From Malacoraja senta (lineage: Eukaryota): 64,000 nt of DNA. The notes beneath the pieces were generated by a model. It saw only the letters and a list, made by a program, of their open reading frames with translations. It had not been told where the DNA came from and ran no database searches. The position numbers and the translations under genes are program-made. The stretch is taken from contig JAXLNO010000655.1 in assembly GCA_038087875.1 (NCBI GenBank), positions 496,001-560,000 on the forward strand. The letters run 5' to 3'. This document shows, in pieces, positions 52,036 to 64,000 of the stretch; the first letter of the stretch is position 1, and the number at the start of each line of letters is the position of its first letter.

Positions 52036-52829
52036 GTAATGACTGAAGAGGTCATTAATTATTCAACCCAATTTTAAGCTACAATTAAACAGTAAGTTCT
52101 AGAGAAGCTACTGTATGATGACAAACCACAAATTAATAAGAAAGATTCAGAGACGCAGAAAGCTTTGTTAAAAAATATATTATTGTTACTGCGGGACCAG
52201 TGCCAAAACTCTAAACCCACGATATATTAATGTCCCTATTCCATCTCCATCTCTGGTTTCATGAGTCTATCAAATAATTTCTTTCTGCTTCACAAAGTTT
52301 ACTCAAGAACTGTCCCTCTGTGTCTCTAACTTATTCATCGAGTTCATTTCCTGATTTCAATATCCAGTTTCGTGGCAGCATGAGAGAAAGCTGTTCGTTT
52401 TGGTGGTCTCCACGTGAAACCGTTGGAGTTGATGGCTCTCTGCCCATTGCACCGTACCCACTGGGAGGTCCAGTCCAGCCTTACTACCCTTCAAATATTC
52501 CTCTCGACCCTATCTGCCCCAGATTAATCAGTTTACAGTTTACAGTTTAGTTCATTATCACGTGTACCTAGGTACAGTGAAAAGCCTTTTATTGCGTGGG
52601 TTTTCTCCGAGATCTTCGGTTTCCTCCCACACTCCACAGGTATGTAGGTGAAGTGGCTTGGTAAATGTCAAAATTGTCCTTTGTGTGTGTAGGATAGTGT
52701 TAATATGCGGGGATCGCTGATCATTGCAGACTCGGTGGGCCGAAGGGCCTGTTTCCGCGCTGTAGCTCTAAGCTAAACTAAATTGCGTGCTATCCAGACA
52801 GTTGAAAGACATTGTATGATCCATGGTGC

Positions 52830-53295
52830 TGAAGTGAGATGGTCAAAAGTTTCAAATTCCTTCGTGTAAATATCACCAACAATCTGCCCTGGACCACCAT
52901 ACTGAGGCTGTGGCCAAGAAAGCACCTCAACGCCTCTACTTCCATAGATTAAGACAGCATGCTAGGTCTCCAATGCCTCTTACCAATTTCTACCGAAAAC
53001 ATCCTATCATGTTGCATCACAGCCTAGTTTGGCAATAGACAATAGACAATAGACAAGGCTCCGCCCAATGCTGCATGGAATTGCAGAAGGTTGTGGATGT
53101 AGTCCGGTCCATCATACAAACCAGCCTCCCCTCCCATCGACTCCCTCTACATTTCACGCTGCTTCGGGAAAGCAGCCAACATAATCAAGGACCATTCACA
53201 ACCTGGTCATTCCCTCTTCTCCCCTCTCCCGTCGGGCAAAGGATAAGAAAGCTTGAAAGCACGTACCATCATATTCAGGAACAGCTTCCTCCCTA
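52830..53295 (+). mobile_element. Rex1/Babar-type LINE fragment
   Basis: ELQKVVDVVRSIIQT and neighbouring degenerate motifs; homologous to 170-420. Confidence 0.7.
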
Positions 53296-53694
53296 ATCTG
53301 GCGACAGACACAACATGCTGGAGTAATTCAGCGGGTCAGGCAACATCTCTGGAAAACACGGATAGATGACTTTTTGGGTTGAGATCCTTCTTCACAACCT
53401 AAAACGTCACCTGTCCATTTTCTCCAGAGATGCTGCCTGACCTGCTGAGTTACTCCAGCAGTTTGTGTCTATCTGGTATAAACCAGCTTCTGAAGCTTAT
53501 TTTTGTTATAGCTTCCTCTCTGCCGTTAACAGATTACTGAAGGGTCTTCTCATACACTAGGCTCTAGTCTCAATTTACCTCAATATGGCCCTTACAATCC
53601 TTTTAATCCTAACTCTTTCTGGAACTGCAATGCTTTAACGTTGTCATGTATGCCGAGATACAGTGACAGGATTTATATCTTGTATAGGAAGGAA

Positions 53695-54389
53695 TTCTTC
53701 GTGGATTGTCACCTTGTCGTAGTGGAGAAGCTTGTGTGGACCTGAGATCCTGAGAGCGATGCCGTCTGGCGCCATGCTCCTGGTAGGGCCACCCATGGCG
53801 GTAAGGTCGATAAAACTGCCACTGCCTTGTGGCTATTGCCTTATTCAGGGTAGGTGAAGACTGGATCCGGCGGAATACGTGGAGGAGACCACCGTTTGGC
53901 GGTCCAACGGGTAGGAAGGTGGACCCAGCAAAGCGACGTGGAGCGTAATTAGGGCACAATGTTCACGCAGAACACTGGTGGCCATCCACTGCATTCTGAC
54001 CCATCGCCAGCCGTCTTGACTATGTCTTGCCACTGGATCCAGATAGGCCGGGACGAGAGAGTGAGGCTGACGATTTGCGCAACTCTCCCTCACTTTAATC
54101 CACGTCAAGCGCAAGTCATGACTTCAGGACCCGTACCGCCCAACTGGGCGAAGCAAGATCACCACAGGAGCGGGTGCAGCTGAGAAGAAGCGCACCGCAG
54201 AAGCTCAGAGGAAACGCGCCGTGCGCAAGGCTCGAGCCTCTTCAACGTCTACTGCAACGCCCAACCAACTGAGTCCCATATGCGGGCGAGCCTTCCGGGC
54301 CCGGATCCGTCTCACCAGTCACCTCCGGACCCACAAACAAAAAAACACTGAAGTCATGGTCTTCTTCGTCTCCGAAGGAGGAACAACAA
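53695..54389 (+). mobile_element. Internally deleted RTE-clade element (5' UTR joined to ORF end)
   Basis: C-terminal CGRAFRARIRLTSHLRTH; (aac)n tail; 9-bp TSD aggaaggaa at 53686-53694 and 54390-54398. Confidence 0.75.
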
Positions 54390-56199
54390 AGGAAGGAACT
54401 GCAGATGCTGGTTTACACCGAAGATAGACACAAAATGCTGGAGTAACTCAGTGGGACAGGCAACATCTCTGGAGAGAAGGAATGGGTGACGTTTCGGGTC
54501 GAGACCCTTCTTCGGACACCATAAAATGCTGGAGTAACTCAGTGGGACAGGCAGCGTCTCTGGAAAGAAGGAATGGGTGACGTTTCGGGTGGAGACCAGA
54601 CACATGTATTTGTGTGTATCTGTACACTGTGGATGACTCGATTCTAATCATGTATAGTCTTTCTGCCGGCAGGTTAGCACGCAACAAAAGCTTATCACTG
54701 TACCTTGTTACACATGACAATAAACTAAACATAGAAACATAGAAACATAGAAAATAGGTGCAGGAGGAGGCCATTCGGCCCTTCAGGCCAGCACCGCCAT
54801 TCATTGTGATCATGGCTGATCGGCCCCTATCAATAGCCCGTGACTGCCTTCTCCCCATATCCCTTGACTCCACTAGCCCCTAGAGCTCTATCTAACTCAC
54901 TAAACTAAACTATCCAGTCCAAATCATACCATACATGAGTACAACCAAGCCATAATCAAGTACAACAGCTAGTGCAAAGAGAAAACTACCCGGGTACAGA
55001 TTATAATTTTGCAGCTTGCGATATCTACAATGTATTTCTTCCATTTAACAAATTTTGGTCTCTAAATGCATTAATAACAAAGTTTGTAGCAGCTTTATAA
55101 CGGAATTTGTTAAAAGTTTTCGTGATTTTAATAACAGAATACACAACAATAATGTGTAATTTCTGTATTCGTTATGATTATATTTTCTTCACATTCGTCA
55201 CACCAGACTGGGCAATATTGAACCTTTATTTTAAGGTGCATCGAAAGCTCTTTCATCCAAGGTAATCATTTTAGTCAGTTTTCCATTTGGACTGGGGATG
55301 ATCAGCCATGATCACATTGAATGGCGGTGCTGGCTCAAAGGGCCGAATGGCCTCCTCCTGCACCTATTGTCTATTGTCTATTGACTGATTGTGAAGCATT
55401 ATAGAGACATACTTCTGGATGAAAATGATATAAACAGGTTCAGGGGCCATGATAGACACAAAAAGCTGGAGTAATTCAGCGGGTCAGACAGCATCTCTGG
55501 AGAAAAGGAATGGGTGATGCTTCGGGTCGAAACGTCACCTATTCCTTTTCTCCAGAGACCATAAGATCATAAGTGATAGGAGTAGAATTAGGCCATTCAG
55601 CCCATCAAGTCTACTCCACCATTCAATCATGGCTGATCTATCTCTCCCTCCTAACCCCATTCTCCTGCATTCACCCCATAACCTCTGACACCTGTACTAA
55701 TCAAAAATCTATCTATCTCTGCCTTAAAAATATACACTGACTTGGCCTCTACAGCCTTCTGTGGCAGTTGAGCCTGTGGGATGCAGACAGATGATGTCAG
55801 TCCCGCTGAGTTACTCCAGCTTTTTGTGTCTTTCTTCGGTTAGCATCTGCGGTTCCTTCCTACACATACTTCAGGGTCAATACCTGATGCCATCTTCCTG
55901 CGTGAAACTGGTGTACAACCATATGTTAATCACCCGTGTTCACTGGTTAAAAACACTGTTTCACCAATGAATAAAGGTGCGAATGGGAGGATGAAAAAGA
56001 ACTGTATTAGAGGCAGCGATGTGGAAAATTTATAACCTGCTTTGAGCAGAGCTGTGCTAAGTGCCAGGTCATGCAACCCATGGAATCCAGTTAATGGGGA
56101 AAATCAGTCAAAGCCCCTCGAGAGATGTTGCAAGAGGAAAAAAATATTTTAGGCACTGTGAAAATGAAGCTGGGGTCGAGAATTCAGGAAATGTTCAGC

Positions 56200-56553
56200 A
56201 AAGAGAGGGTCCAGAGGAGGTTTACAAGAATGATCCCAGGAATTAGTGGGTTAACTTATTATGAGCATTTGACGGCACTGGGCCTGTACTCGCTAGAGTT
56301 TAGAAGAATGAGGGGGGACCTCATTGAAACTTACCGAATAGTGAAAGGCTTGGTTAGAGTGGATATGGAGAGGATGTTTCCACTACTGGGAAAGTCTAGG
56401 ACTAGAGGTCGTAGCCTCAGAATTAAAGGACGTTCCTTTAGGAACGAGATGAGAAGGAATTCCTTTAGTCAGAGGGTGGTGAATCTGTGGAATTCTTTGG
56501 AACAGAAGTCTGTGGAGGCCGTCAATGGATATTTTTAAAGCAGAGATAGATAG
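56200..56553 (+). mobile_element. CR1 ORF2 3' part interrupted by the DIRS; resumes at 60821-60960
   Basis: ERVQRRFTRMIPG..RGDLIETY..RVVNLWNSL; rejoined site gatagatagATTcttgattag matches the uninterrupted copy at 14737-14758. Confidence 0.9.
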
Positions 56554-59500
56554 ATTTTACTTCGGAGTCACGTGAGTGACTACGTGAAGAAGACCCGTCA
56601 GGGCGCATGCGCGTCATTACGTCGGACGCATTGGCGCACAAACCAGCGGGAGGACAGGGCTCCTCCTGTGGTAAGTACTTTTAAAGTAGTTTTATAGTTT
56701 AAAGCTCCAGCTAAGTGGGAAACTTAGCTGGAGTGAAAAGTTCCTTTATTGTGGTGCCGTGCTCTGTGTTTTTTATTACAGGCAGCACCATGGTGAAGAC
56801 GACCAGGGGGAGGGCAGCCGCAGGTAAAGCATAGGAGAGCCGCGGGAATGCGGAATGAGCGGCTGCCTCGTACCCCTGCACAGTCGCCGACCGGGAGTGG
56901 GGCGACTTCAGACTGAGTGCTAAAAAGCACCAAAGCCAACGCCAGTCGGGCGTAAGGCACGGGGAAGTCTGGGAGGCCCTCGGACTCAACTGAGTCAGGC
57001 CACAACGAGCCTGTACGGGGCTGGAGACGTTTTTTAAATGGTTCTCCCAAATGGAGCACCTCATCCATAGGTTGCTCCAGAAACGTACACTCCGGGGAGG
57101 AGTCGTGTGGGCGGTAGGCTGCAGAAAGGCCACGCCGGCAGCACCTGGTAGAAGGCTGCTTAAAGCACCCTCATGCATGAGGTGAGTGCAGAGGGTCAGC
57201 TAAGTTCTGACCCCGACTCTGACGGAGACTTGGAAATTAGCGAAGAACGGCCGTTGTCAGAGGTCCATTCTCTGGCAGTACGATTCGCTGTTCAGTTAGA
57301 ATCTAGAATCACCAAGAGACGGGGTAACTGCGAGTTGCTGAAGGTGCCAGCAGTGAACCGGGTGATATGGAGCCAGATGGGCGTGGGCGTGCAGTGCCCA
57401 GGAGATGAAGCTGTAGAGAATCCTGAAATTACTTGGCTCAGGAATCACGGCGTTTGCGAGAACGGTGGATGGAGGGCATGTGTCGGAGACGCAGCAAGAG
57501 GTAATAGGGTTGCTTTGTAGCACCCATTTTTGAGATAAATTGTCTCAGGGAAAGTGCCATTCGGCCCACCATTAATTCCAAGATTGCAGTATTTTTCCAG
57601 CCTAGCAACATACAGCCGGCCAACCTACTCTTCGGAGAGGACCTCGCCAAGAGTGTCAAGGACATGGATGATGAGACAAAGACGGTGGGCGTGATCAAGC
57701 CACCCGCAGTCGGCAAGTTTCCAAAAAAGAAAGTACCCTACAAACGAAGCGGGAACATGGTCAAACATTGGCTTTCCCGCCAGGAGCCGGGGACAACGTC
57801 ATCCACCAGGTATCAAGGAGGTAGGTGGGCCTGGTTCTTAGGTGCACATATCAAATGTGACACAACTTAAATCTGGGGTACATTACATCTGTTTCTGGGA
57901 TGAATGGAAGCAAATTACCTTAGCTCTGTTTATACAGAGTGTTATTCAAAGGTTTCGAATGGATTTCAATCCAAATTATGATTTGCAAATTCAGCATGTT
58001 CTTGGGAGAACTATTCAGTTTTCATTAACAGAACAGATGGATGTTCAGACTGCGCTTGCAAGCTTATGTGATAAAGGTGTAATTGTAAAGTTGGTTCACC
58101 AACCCCATCAATTTGTGTCTAATATTTTCCCAGGCCAAAAAAGGATGGGGGATGTAGTATAGACATTGTAAGATGGAATTGTCACTGCTAAGCAACTGGG
58201 TCAAGAGGATGCTATATGGCGACTATAGAGCTTAAAGATGCGCATTACTCAATGTCTGTTTATTTGCAGGATAAGGATATTTGAAATTCACCTGGATGGA
58301 TCAACTATGGCAACAAAATTGTTAAAACCTATAATAGGCATGCTGAGAGGCCAGGGTCAGGTGCTCATGGCTTATCTCGATGATATCTTGATTACAGGGG
58401 TATCCAAGAGAACAGCTGAAGTAACAGGTGGTAGTTGTTAAATCCAATTTTCAAAGATTGGGCATAATTCATCCAGAGAAATCCAAATTAACACCTGACT
58501 ATTTGGGTCACAATTGATTCAATTAAGTGACTCTGCCCAGGGAAAAAAGGGTAGAGCTAATGGACAGCTGTATCAAGCTAATTGAGGCATTAAGGATACA
58601 TTCAGGTCATTATAATAGACCTATGCAGTTATCAGTAAAGGCTATTTCTGATTTGCAATGGTGGGTTCACCATGTGTCCAGGAGTTATAGCAAGGTAATG
58701 CTTGACCAGCCTTCCATGATTTTGCAGATGAATGTCAGTGCACTCGGGTGGGGTGTCACGGATACGAGTTTCAGCTGTGGAGGCAGATGGACTGAGCAAG
58801 AGGCATCGCTTCTGCAGACATGGGCAATTAACTATTAAGAGGTTTTTATGGATAAGGCTTATTGCTCTAACAAATGTAATCTGCATGTTCAGTTTCAGAT
58901 TGACAATACTACGCAAGTGGCATATATATTAATCACATCGGTGGAATGCCAGATATCGATTTGTTTTGCATCAAGGTTCAACCATCAGCAGCCTAAATAG
59001 GTTTCATGGGAACCAGACCAGGTGTCAGTTGTATTTGATACTTTGACGTTACATTGGGGTGGCATGTTTTATATATTTTCATACCATTTTGCCTAATAGG
59101 TCGGAGTCTGCAAGAAATCAAGCAGGATGCTGCTTTGGGGGTGTTTGTAATACCTAATTGGCCGAATCAAGCATGGTTCCCTTTGATGTTACAGTTAGTG
59201 ATCCAACCTCTTTTTGGTGGTTCCCAAGCATAGGAATTGACTGGAGCATCCACTAACACGGGAAAGTCATCCGTTATGAGACCGTATTGACTTGTTAATT
59301 TGCAGGTTTTAAGAATGCCATACCTGGGGCAAGGACTGTCTGGGCGAACGGTGGACATGCTCACTGTAGCCTGGAGAAAGAGTACTCAAAAGGGGTATAT
59401 TACTTATGTTAAAAAATGGGAGCAATATTGTGTACAAAATAATATTGACTATAGTACTGCAGGTACTGTAGATATTTTAGAGTTCCTGTTGACACTCTAC

Positions 59501-60820
59501 GATGATAAGGGGCTCAGTTATAGCACCATTAATACAGCTTTAAGTGCTTTGTCCTCGTATGGTTTTGATTGGGTCAGGAAAGATCCTATTGGGTTTCATC
59601 ATATCATAGCTGGATTGATGAAAGGAATTTCAACTCTAAACCTCCTAAACCCAGGTATATGGCGATCTGGGATGTAAGTGTGGTCCTCAAGTTGCTTCGA
59701 CAGTAGGTTCCTGTCATGTCTCTGAATTTGCCAAACTAATCATAAAAGTGGTTATGTTCATGGCATTGGTTCAGCATAGCAAGTGCAGATTTTGCCAAAG
59801 CTTCTGCTAAGACAGGATGGAAGTTGCTGAAGAGAATGTTATGTTATATATTTGCGCCCTGCTCAAACAGAGCAGGCCAGGTGTCACAGGTTTGTTAAAA
59901 TTGTGTTTCAGCATAACGTACTGATCCATGTTTATATGTAATGGCACATTTATTTTCATTATATTGAAGCTATAAAGACCTTAAGAAATGTGGAAACAGC
60001 ATTGTTTATTAGTTACATGTAGCCACACAGGAGAGTGTCAGTGCAGACTATCTCAAGGTGGTTTAAAGCAAATGTTGATTCAGGCAGGTATTAACACTGA
60101 AGTGTATATATCCTTTTCCACTAGTGCAGCAGCAACGTCGTTGGCTAGGGCGATGGATGTTCACATCGGCCATATTCTTACAGGTGCCGGGTGGTCAAAT
60201 GCATTGTTTAAATAAAAAAATAAAAAAAAATAAAAAAAATTGTTACCATCGGCTGATTGCCGATCGGCGAGAGGCTGTTTGCAAATTCAGGATTAAGTCC
60301 TGTTTAGTTTCCCCTGGGATAGAGGGGTTAATGTTTGTTTTGATTATTCAAATATATTTTTACTGCATGATATTCACATTTCATGTTTAAAGCATTATTG
60401 ATTGTTTCTCATCGAAAGTCAATCAATGCAGTGAGAAGCCGGGATTTGGATCCGCGGCATAACATCACAGAGCTTTGAACCCTTCACGTAGTCACCCACG
60501 TGACTCCGAAGTAAAATAGTAAGATTAAACGAGAACTTACTAGTTTGAAGTTTGATCTTTATTTTATGAGGAGTTACGTTGGTGATTACGTGCCCGCCAC
60601 GCCCAACCATCTCTCATAAATAAAGGTCATATGGTAGTTCTCATGTTGCTCATCTTAATATGTTACTTCAAATATTGTGTTATCTGTGATTTCATACCGC
60701 TGCTTTGAAGATTGACGCGCATGCGCCCTGATGGGTCTTCTTCACGTAATCACCAACGTAACTCCTCATAAAATAAAGATCAAACTTCAAACTGGTAAGT
60801 TCTCATTTAATCTTACTATT
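56554..60820 (+). mobile_element. DIRS1-type tyrosine-recombinase retrotransposon (degenerate, internal deletions)
   Basis: ITR cores 56581-56616 / 60713-60748; ICR about 60482-60592; ORF1 from 56790; RT (AYLDD near 58370); MT-like near 58950-59300; YR 59300-60290 (AWRKSTQKGY, ILTGAGWS); ATT at both junctions. Confidence 0.95.
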
Positions 60821-61232
60821 CTTGATTAGTATGGGTGTCGGGGATTATGGGACGTAGGCAGGAGAATGGGGTTAGGAGGGAGAGAGATCAGCCTTGAATG
60901 GTGGAGTAGACTTGATGGGCCAAATGGCCTAAGTCTGCTCCTATTACTTATGACCTTATGACATTAAGTGGAGAGAGAAGCAAAGTTATGGACTGAATCC
61001 CCTGAAAGTGGCAACTCAGGTGGGTCGAGTGGTAAAGAAGGCATACGGTGTGCTTGCCTTCATCGGTCTGGGCATTGAGTAGATGCAAGACAAGAGTCAG
61101 GACGTCATGTCGCTGCTTAATAAAAGTTTGGTTAGGTTATATTTGGAGTATTGTGTGCAATTTTTGGTTGCCCGACAGCAGGAACGATGTGAAGGATGTG
61201 AAGAGGGTGCAGAACAGATTTACCAGAATGCT

Positions 61233-61590
61233 GGACACAAAAAGCTGGAGTTACTCAGCGGGTCAGGCAGCATCTCTGGTGAAAAGGAATAGATGACATT
61301 TCGAGTCGAGACCCTTCTTCGGACTGAGAGTCAGGGGGGGGGGGGGGGAAGGAAACAAGAGATACAGACATGATGTAGAGAAATATAGAACAAATGAATG
61401 AAAGATATGCAAAAAAGTAATGATGATAAAAGAATCCGGCCACTGTTAGCTGTTGGCTGGGTGAGAACAAGTACAGATAATGAGACTCAACAAGACGACT
61501 TTGAAGCTGGTACAATTTGGGTGGGGGAGGGATGGAAAGAGAGGGAATGCATGGGGTTATTTCATGTTAGAGAAATCAATATTCATACCA
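61233..61590 (-). mobile_element. Penelope-like 3' terminal fragment nested in a CR1 fragment
   Basis: Homologous to 44578-44955; CR1 text accagaatgctg duplicated at both sides. Confidence 0.7.
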
Positions 61591-62067
61591 GAATGCTGCC
61601 TGGAATAGAGGCCATTAGCCACAGGAAGAGGTTAGACTGGAGCATTTTTTTTTAGTTTATGTTATTATTGTCACATATACTGAGGTACAGAGATAAAAAC
61701 ATTTTGTTGCATGCTATCCAGTTAAAAAAAGACGACATGATTGCAATCCAGATGTCCCCAATCTCAAACATGGTCTCACCAATGCTCCATGTTACTGAAA
61801 TATAACCTCCCTGCAGTTCTATCTAATTCTTTCAGCAAGAAATAATAATAGCATTTTGTTGTGTTTCCTAATTATTATTTCACTTACATATCGGAGTATA
61901 AGTGTCAGGAAGACATAATGCAGCTTTATAGGAAAAAAGACACAAAGTGCTGAAACAACTCAGATGATTAGGCAGCCGTTGCCGAGTTACTCCAACATTT
62001 TGTGGGTTTTTTTTGTAAATCAGCATCTGCAGTTCCTCCTTCCTGCAGCTTTATAGGAAATTGGTTC

Positions 62068-62620
62068 AGGGCCTGTCCCACTTGGGCGACCTAATCCGCG
62101 AGTTCTGGCGAGTTTGCCCACGACTCATACTCACAGCATGGTCGACACGAGGTCGCAGGAGGTCTTTGTAACTCTCCTTCATGCTCGAGAGTAGTCCCCG
62201 CGTACTCGGGGCCTCAGCTAGGTCACGCCGTATTTTTCAACATGTTGAAAAATGCCCGCGAGTAAAAAAAGGTCGCCATGGAAAAAAATCAATACTTTTT
62301 TTACTCGTAGGTTTAGTCGTAGTAGGTCGCCATGTTAGTCGTAGGTAATCGAGGGTAGTCGAAGGTAGTCGTAAATAGTCTTCATCATAGTCGAAGTGAG
62401 GTCGAAGGGAGGTCGAAGGAGATCGAAGGAGGTCCTCTTCACTCTCCACTGTTCGGTGTCCAATTTTTCTGACGTTAGTCGTAGCTAGTCGAAGCTGGTC
62501 TTCAACATAGTCGAAGGAGGTCGAAGGAGGTCTTCAACATAGTCGAAGAAGGTCTTCAACATGTCATTTGTTCAAACTCTTCTAAACTCGCCAATTAGGT
62601 CGCCCAAGTGGTACAGCCCT
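62068..62620. mobile_element. PIF/Harbinger-type MITE with internal gtcgaag/gtcgtag repeats
   Basis: TIR agggcctgtcccacttgggcgacctaat; flanks TTC/TTA. Confidence 0.8.
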
Positions 62621-63194
62621 TTAAGACTCCATGCCACTGGATCCTGACCCAGATCTGTCAAGGACCATGGGGTGGCTGTCTGTGCACCAGTCTCCCCACA
62701 TTAAACAAAGTCACGCACAGGCATCCTCCATGGAGAGGACAGTCATACTCGTTTCGAGTGACCGCCGATGATGATCGTCTACTGACATTGTGGGCTGGTG
62801 TGCCTGTCCCTGTGCTGTGCTGTTCTCTGCTTTATGTTCCATTTGGAAGAAGTATTGTTACACATTGAATGCATCGACCAAAACAAAATAGTGAAATGAT
62901 TACATGTAACTCAAAGGGCAACATTTTATTAGCAAGTTCTATGTTCTATTAGTCTTTTGCGAATCAAGCACTTTGTCACATGATCCATGCAGAGACCCAC
63001 AAAGCAGGTGAATAGAAACATCACGACACGCTGTTCATTTCAGTCTGCGTTGTACCTGAATTTATTTATTTGGGAATTACTGAATCTCTGGCCCAGATTC
63101 ACCCCTTTATTTTCCTCAATGACATTCCATTAATCACTGGTGGTGGGAAATATTCTGATGAAAGGATTTTGTCCTTGGTCATTAATCTGTATCT

Positions 63195-63440
63195 CAATTA
63201 GTTGCATCATGGCCTGGCACGGCAATTCCAATGCACATGATCGCAAGAGGCTGCCGAGAGTGGTGAACTCAGCCCAGTCCATCACAGCCACATCCTTCCC
63301 CTCCATCAAAAGCATCTACACGAGACGCTGCCTCACATTGATGGCATCTATCATCAGGGATCTCCACCAATTTGGACCATGTCTGCTTCTTGCTACTACA
63401 ATCGGACATGAAGTACGGAAGCCTCACGCCACCAGGTTCA
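63195..63440 (+). mobile_element. Rex1/Babar-type LINE fragment
   Basis: CIMAWHGNSNAHDRKRLPRVVNSAQSIT..RCLTLMASIIRD. Confidence 0.7.
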
Positions 63441-63608
63441 GTAAGAGCTACTTCAGTTTCTGATGGTTGTAGGAATTGTTGAACCACGAGCAGTAGCTCT
63501 ACTCAATAACCAAATGTCTGTAGCGAGCCGGAGAAAACCCACGCTGTCGGGCATGGCCACGGCATGCCCGTGTGGAGGTGCGCCTATGACAATAAATGCT
63601 TAACAATA

Positions 63609-63918
63609 GGGGAGGCAGAGTGGCGCTGCGGTAGAGTTGCTGCCTCACTGCTCCAGAGACCTGAGTTCGAACCTCACTACGGATGCTTGCCTGTCCGGAG
63701 TTTGTAGGTTCTCCCCGTGACCTGCGTGGGTTTTCTCCGGGTGCTCCGGTTTCCTCTCACACTCCAAAGATGAAGAGTTTTGTGGGCTAATTAGCTTTGA
63801 TAAAAATTGTCCCTAGTGTGTGCGTAGGATAGCGTTCGAGTGCGGGGATCGCTGGTCGGTGCGGACTCGGTGGGCGGAAGGGCCTGTTTTCACGCCGTAT
63901 CTCTAAAACTAAACGAAA
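63609..63918 (+). mobile_element. tRNA-derived SINE (HE1/V-SINE-like)
   Basis: Full-length copy. Confidence 0.85.
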
Positions 63919-64000
63919 CATAAATGTTGCTTTCTCCAAAGATGTTAACTGACCTATCGAGTATCTCCAACATTGCTTCTTTCGAGTCCATGGATAGTTT

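Overview
Eukaryotic, repeat-saturated DNA, most likely from a cartilaginous fish (skate or ray), judged from abundant HE1/V-SINE-type tRNA-derived SINEs with CR1-type tails. I found no supportable host protein-coding exon, RNA gene or CRISPR array; almost every ORF in the track is a transposon fragment or a microsatellite artefact. The main structures are two DIRS-type tyrosine-recombinase retrotransposons (24929-34643 minus, 56554-60820 plus), both inserted at an ATT triplet inside the 3' part of the same CR1 family. The first carries three nested insertions: a truncated L1, an unclassified TIR element, and an unusual 2236-bp Gypsy-derived element (31080-33315). That element has a near-intact integrase reading frame between two identical 205-bp INVERTED PPT+LTR copies, with TGTA...TACA ends and a 5-bp target duplication, and is the best novelty candidate. 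Also present are a Penelope GIY-YIG fragment and many Penelope-derived minimal hammerhead motifs, Harbinger-type and P/hAT-type MITEs, a solo LTR, RTE, Rex1 and CR1 fragments, two fold-back inverted duplications and a 1-kb 11-mer minisatellite. Coordinates were read by eye: junctions with TSDs should be accurate to a few bases, SINE/LINE fragment limits are approximate, and only representative SINE copies are listed.
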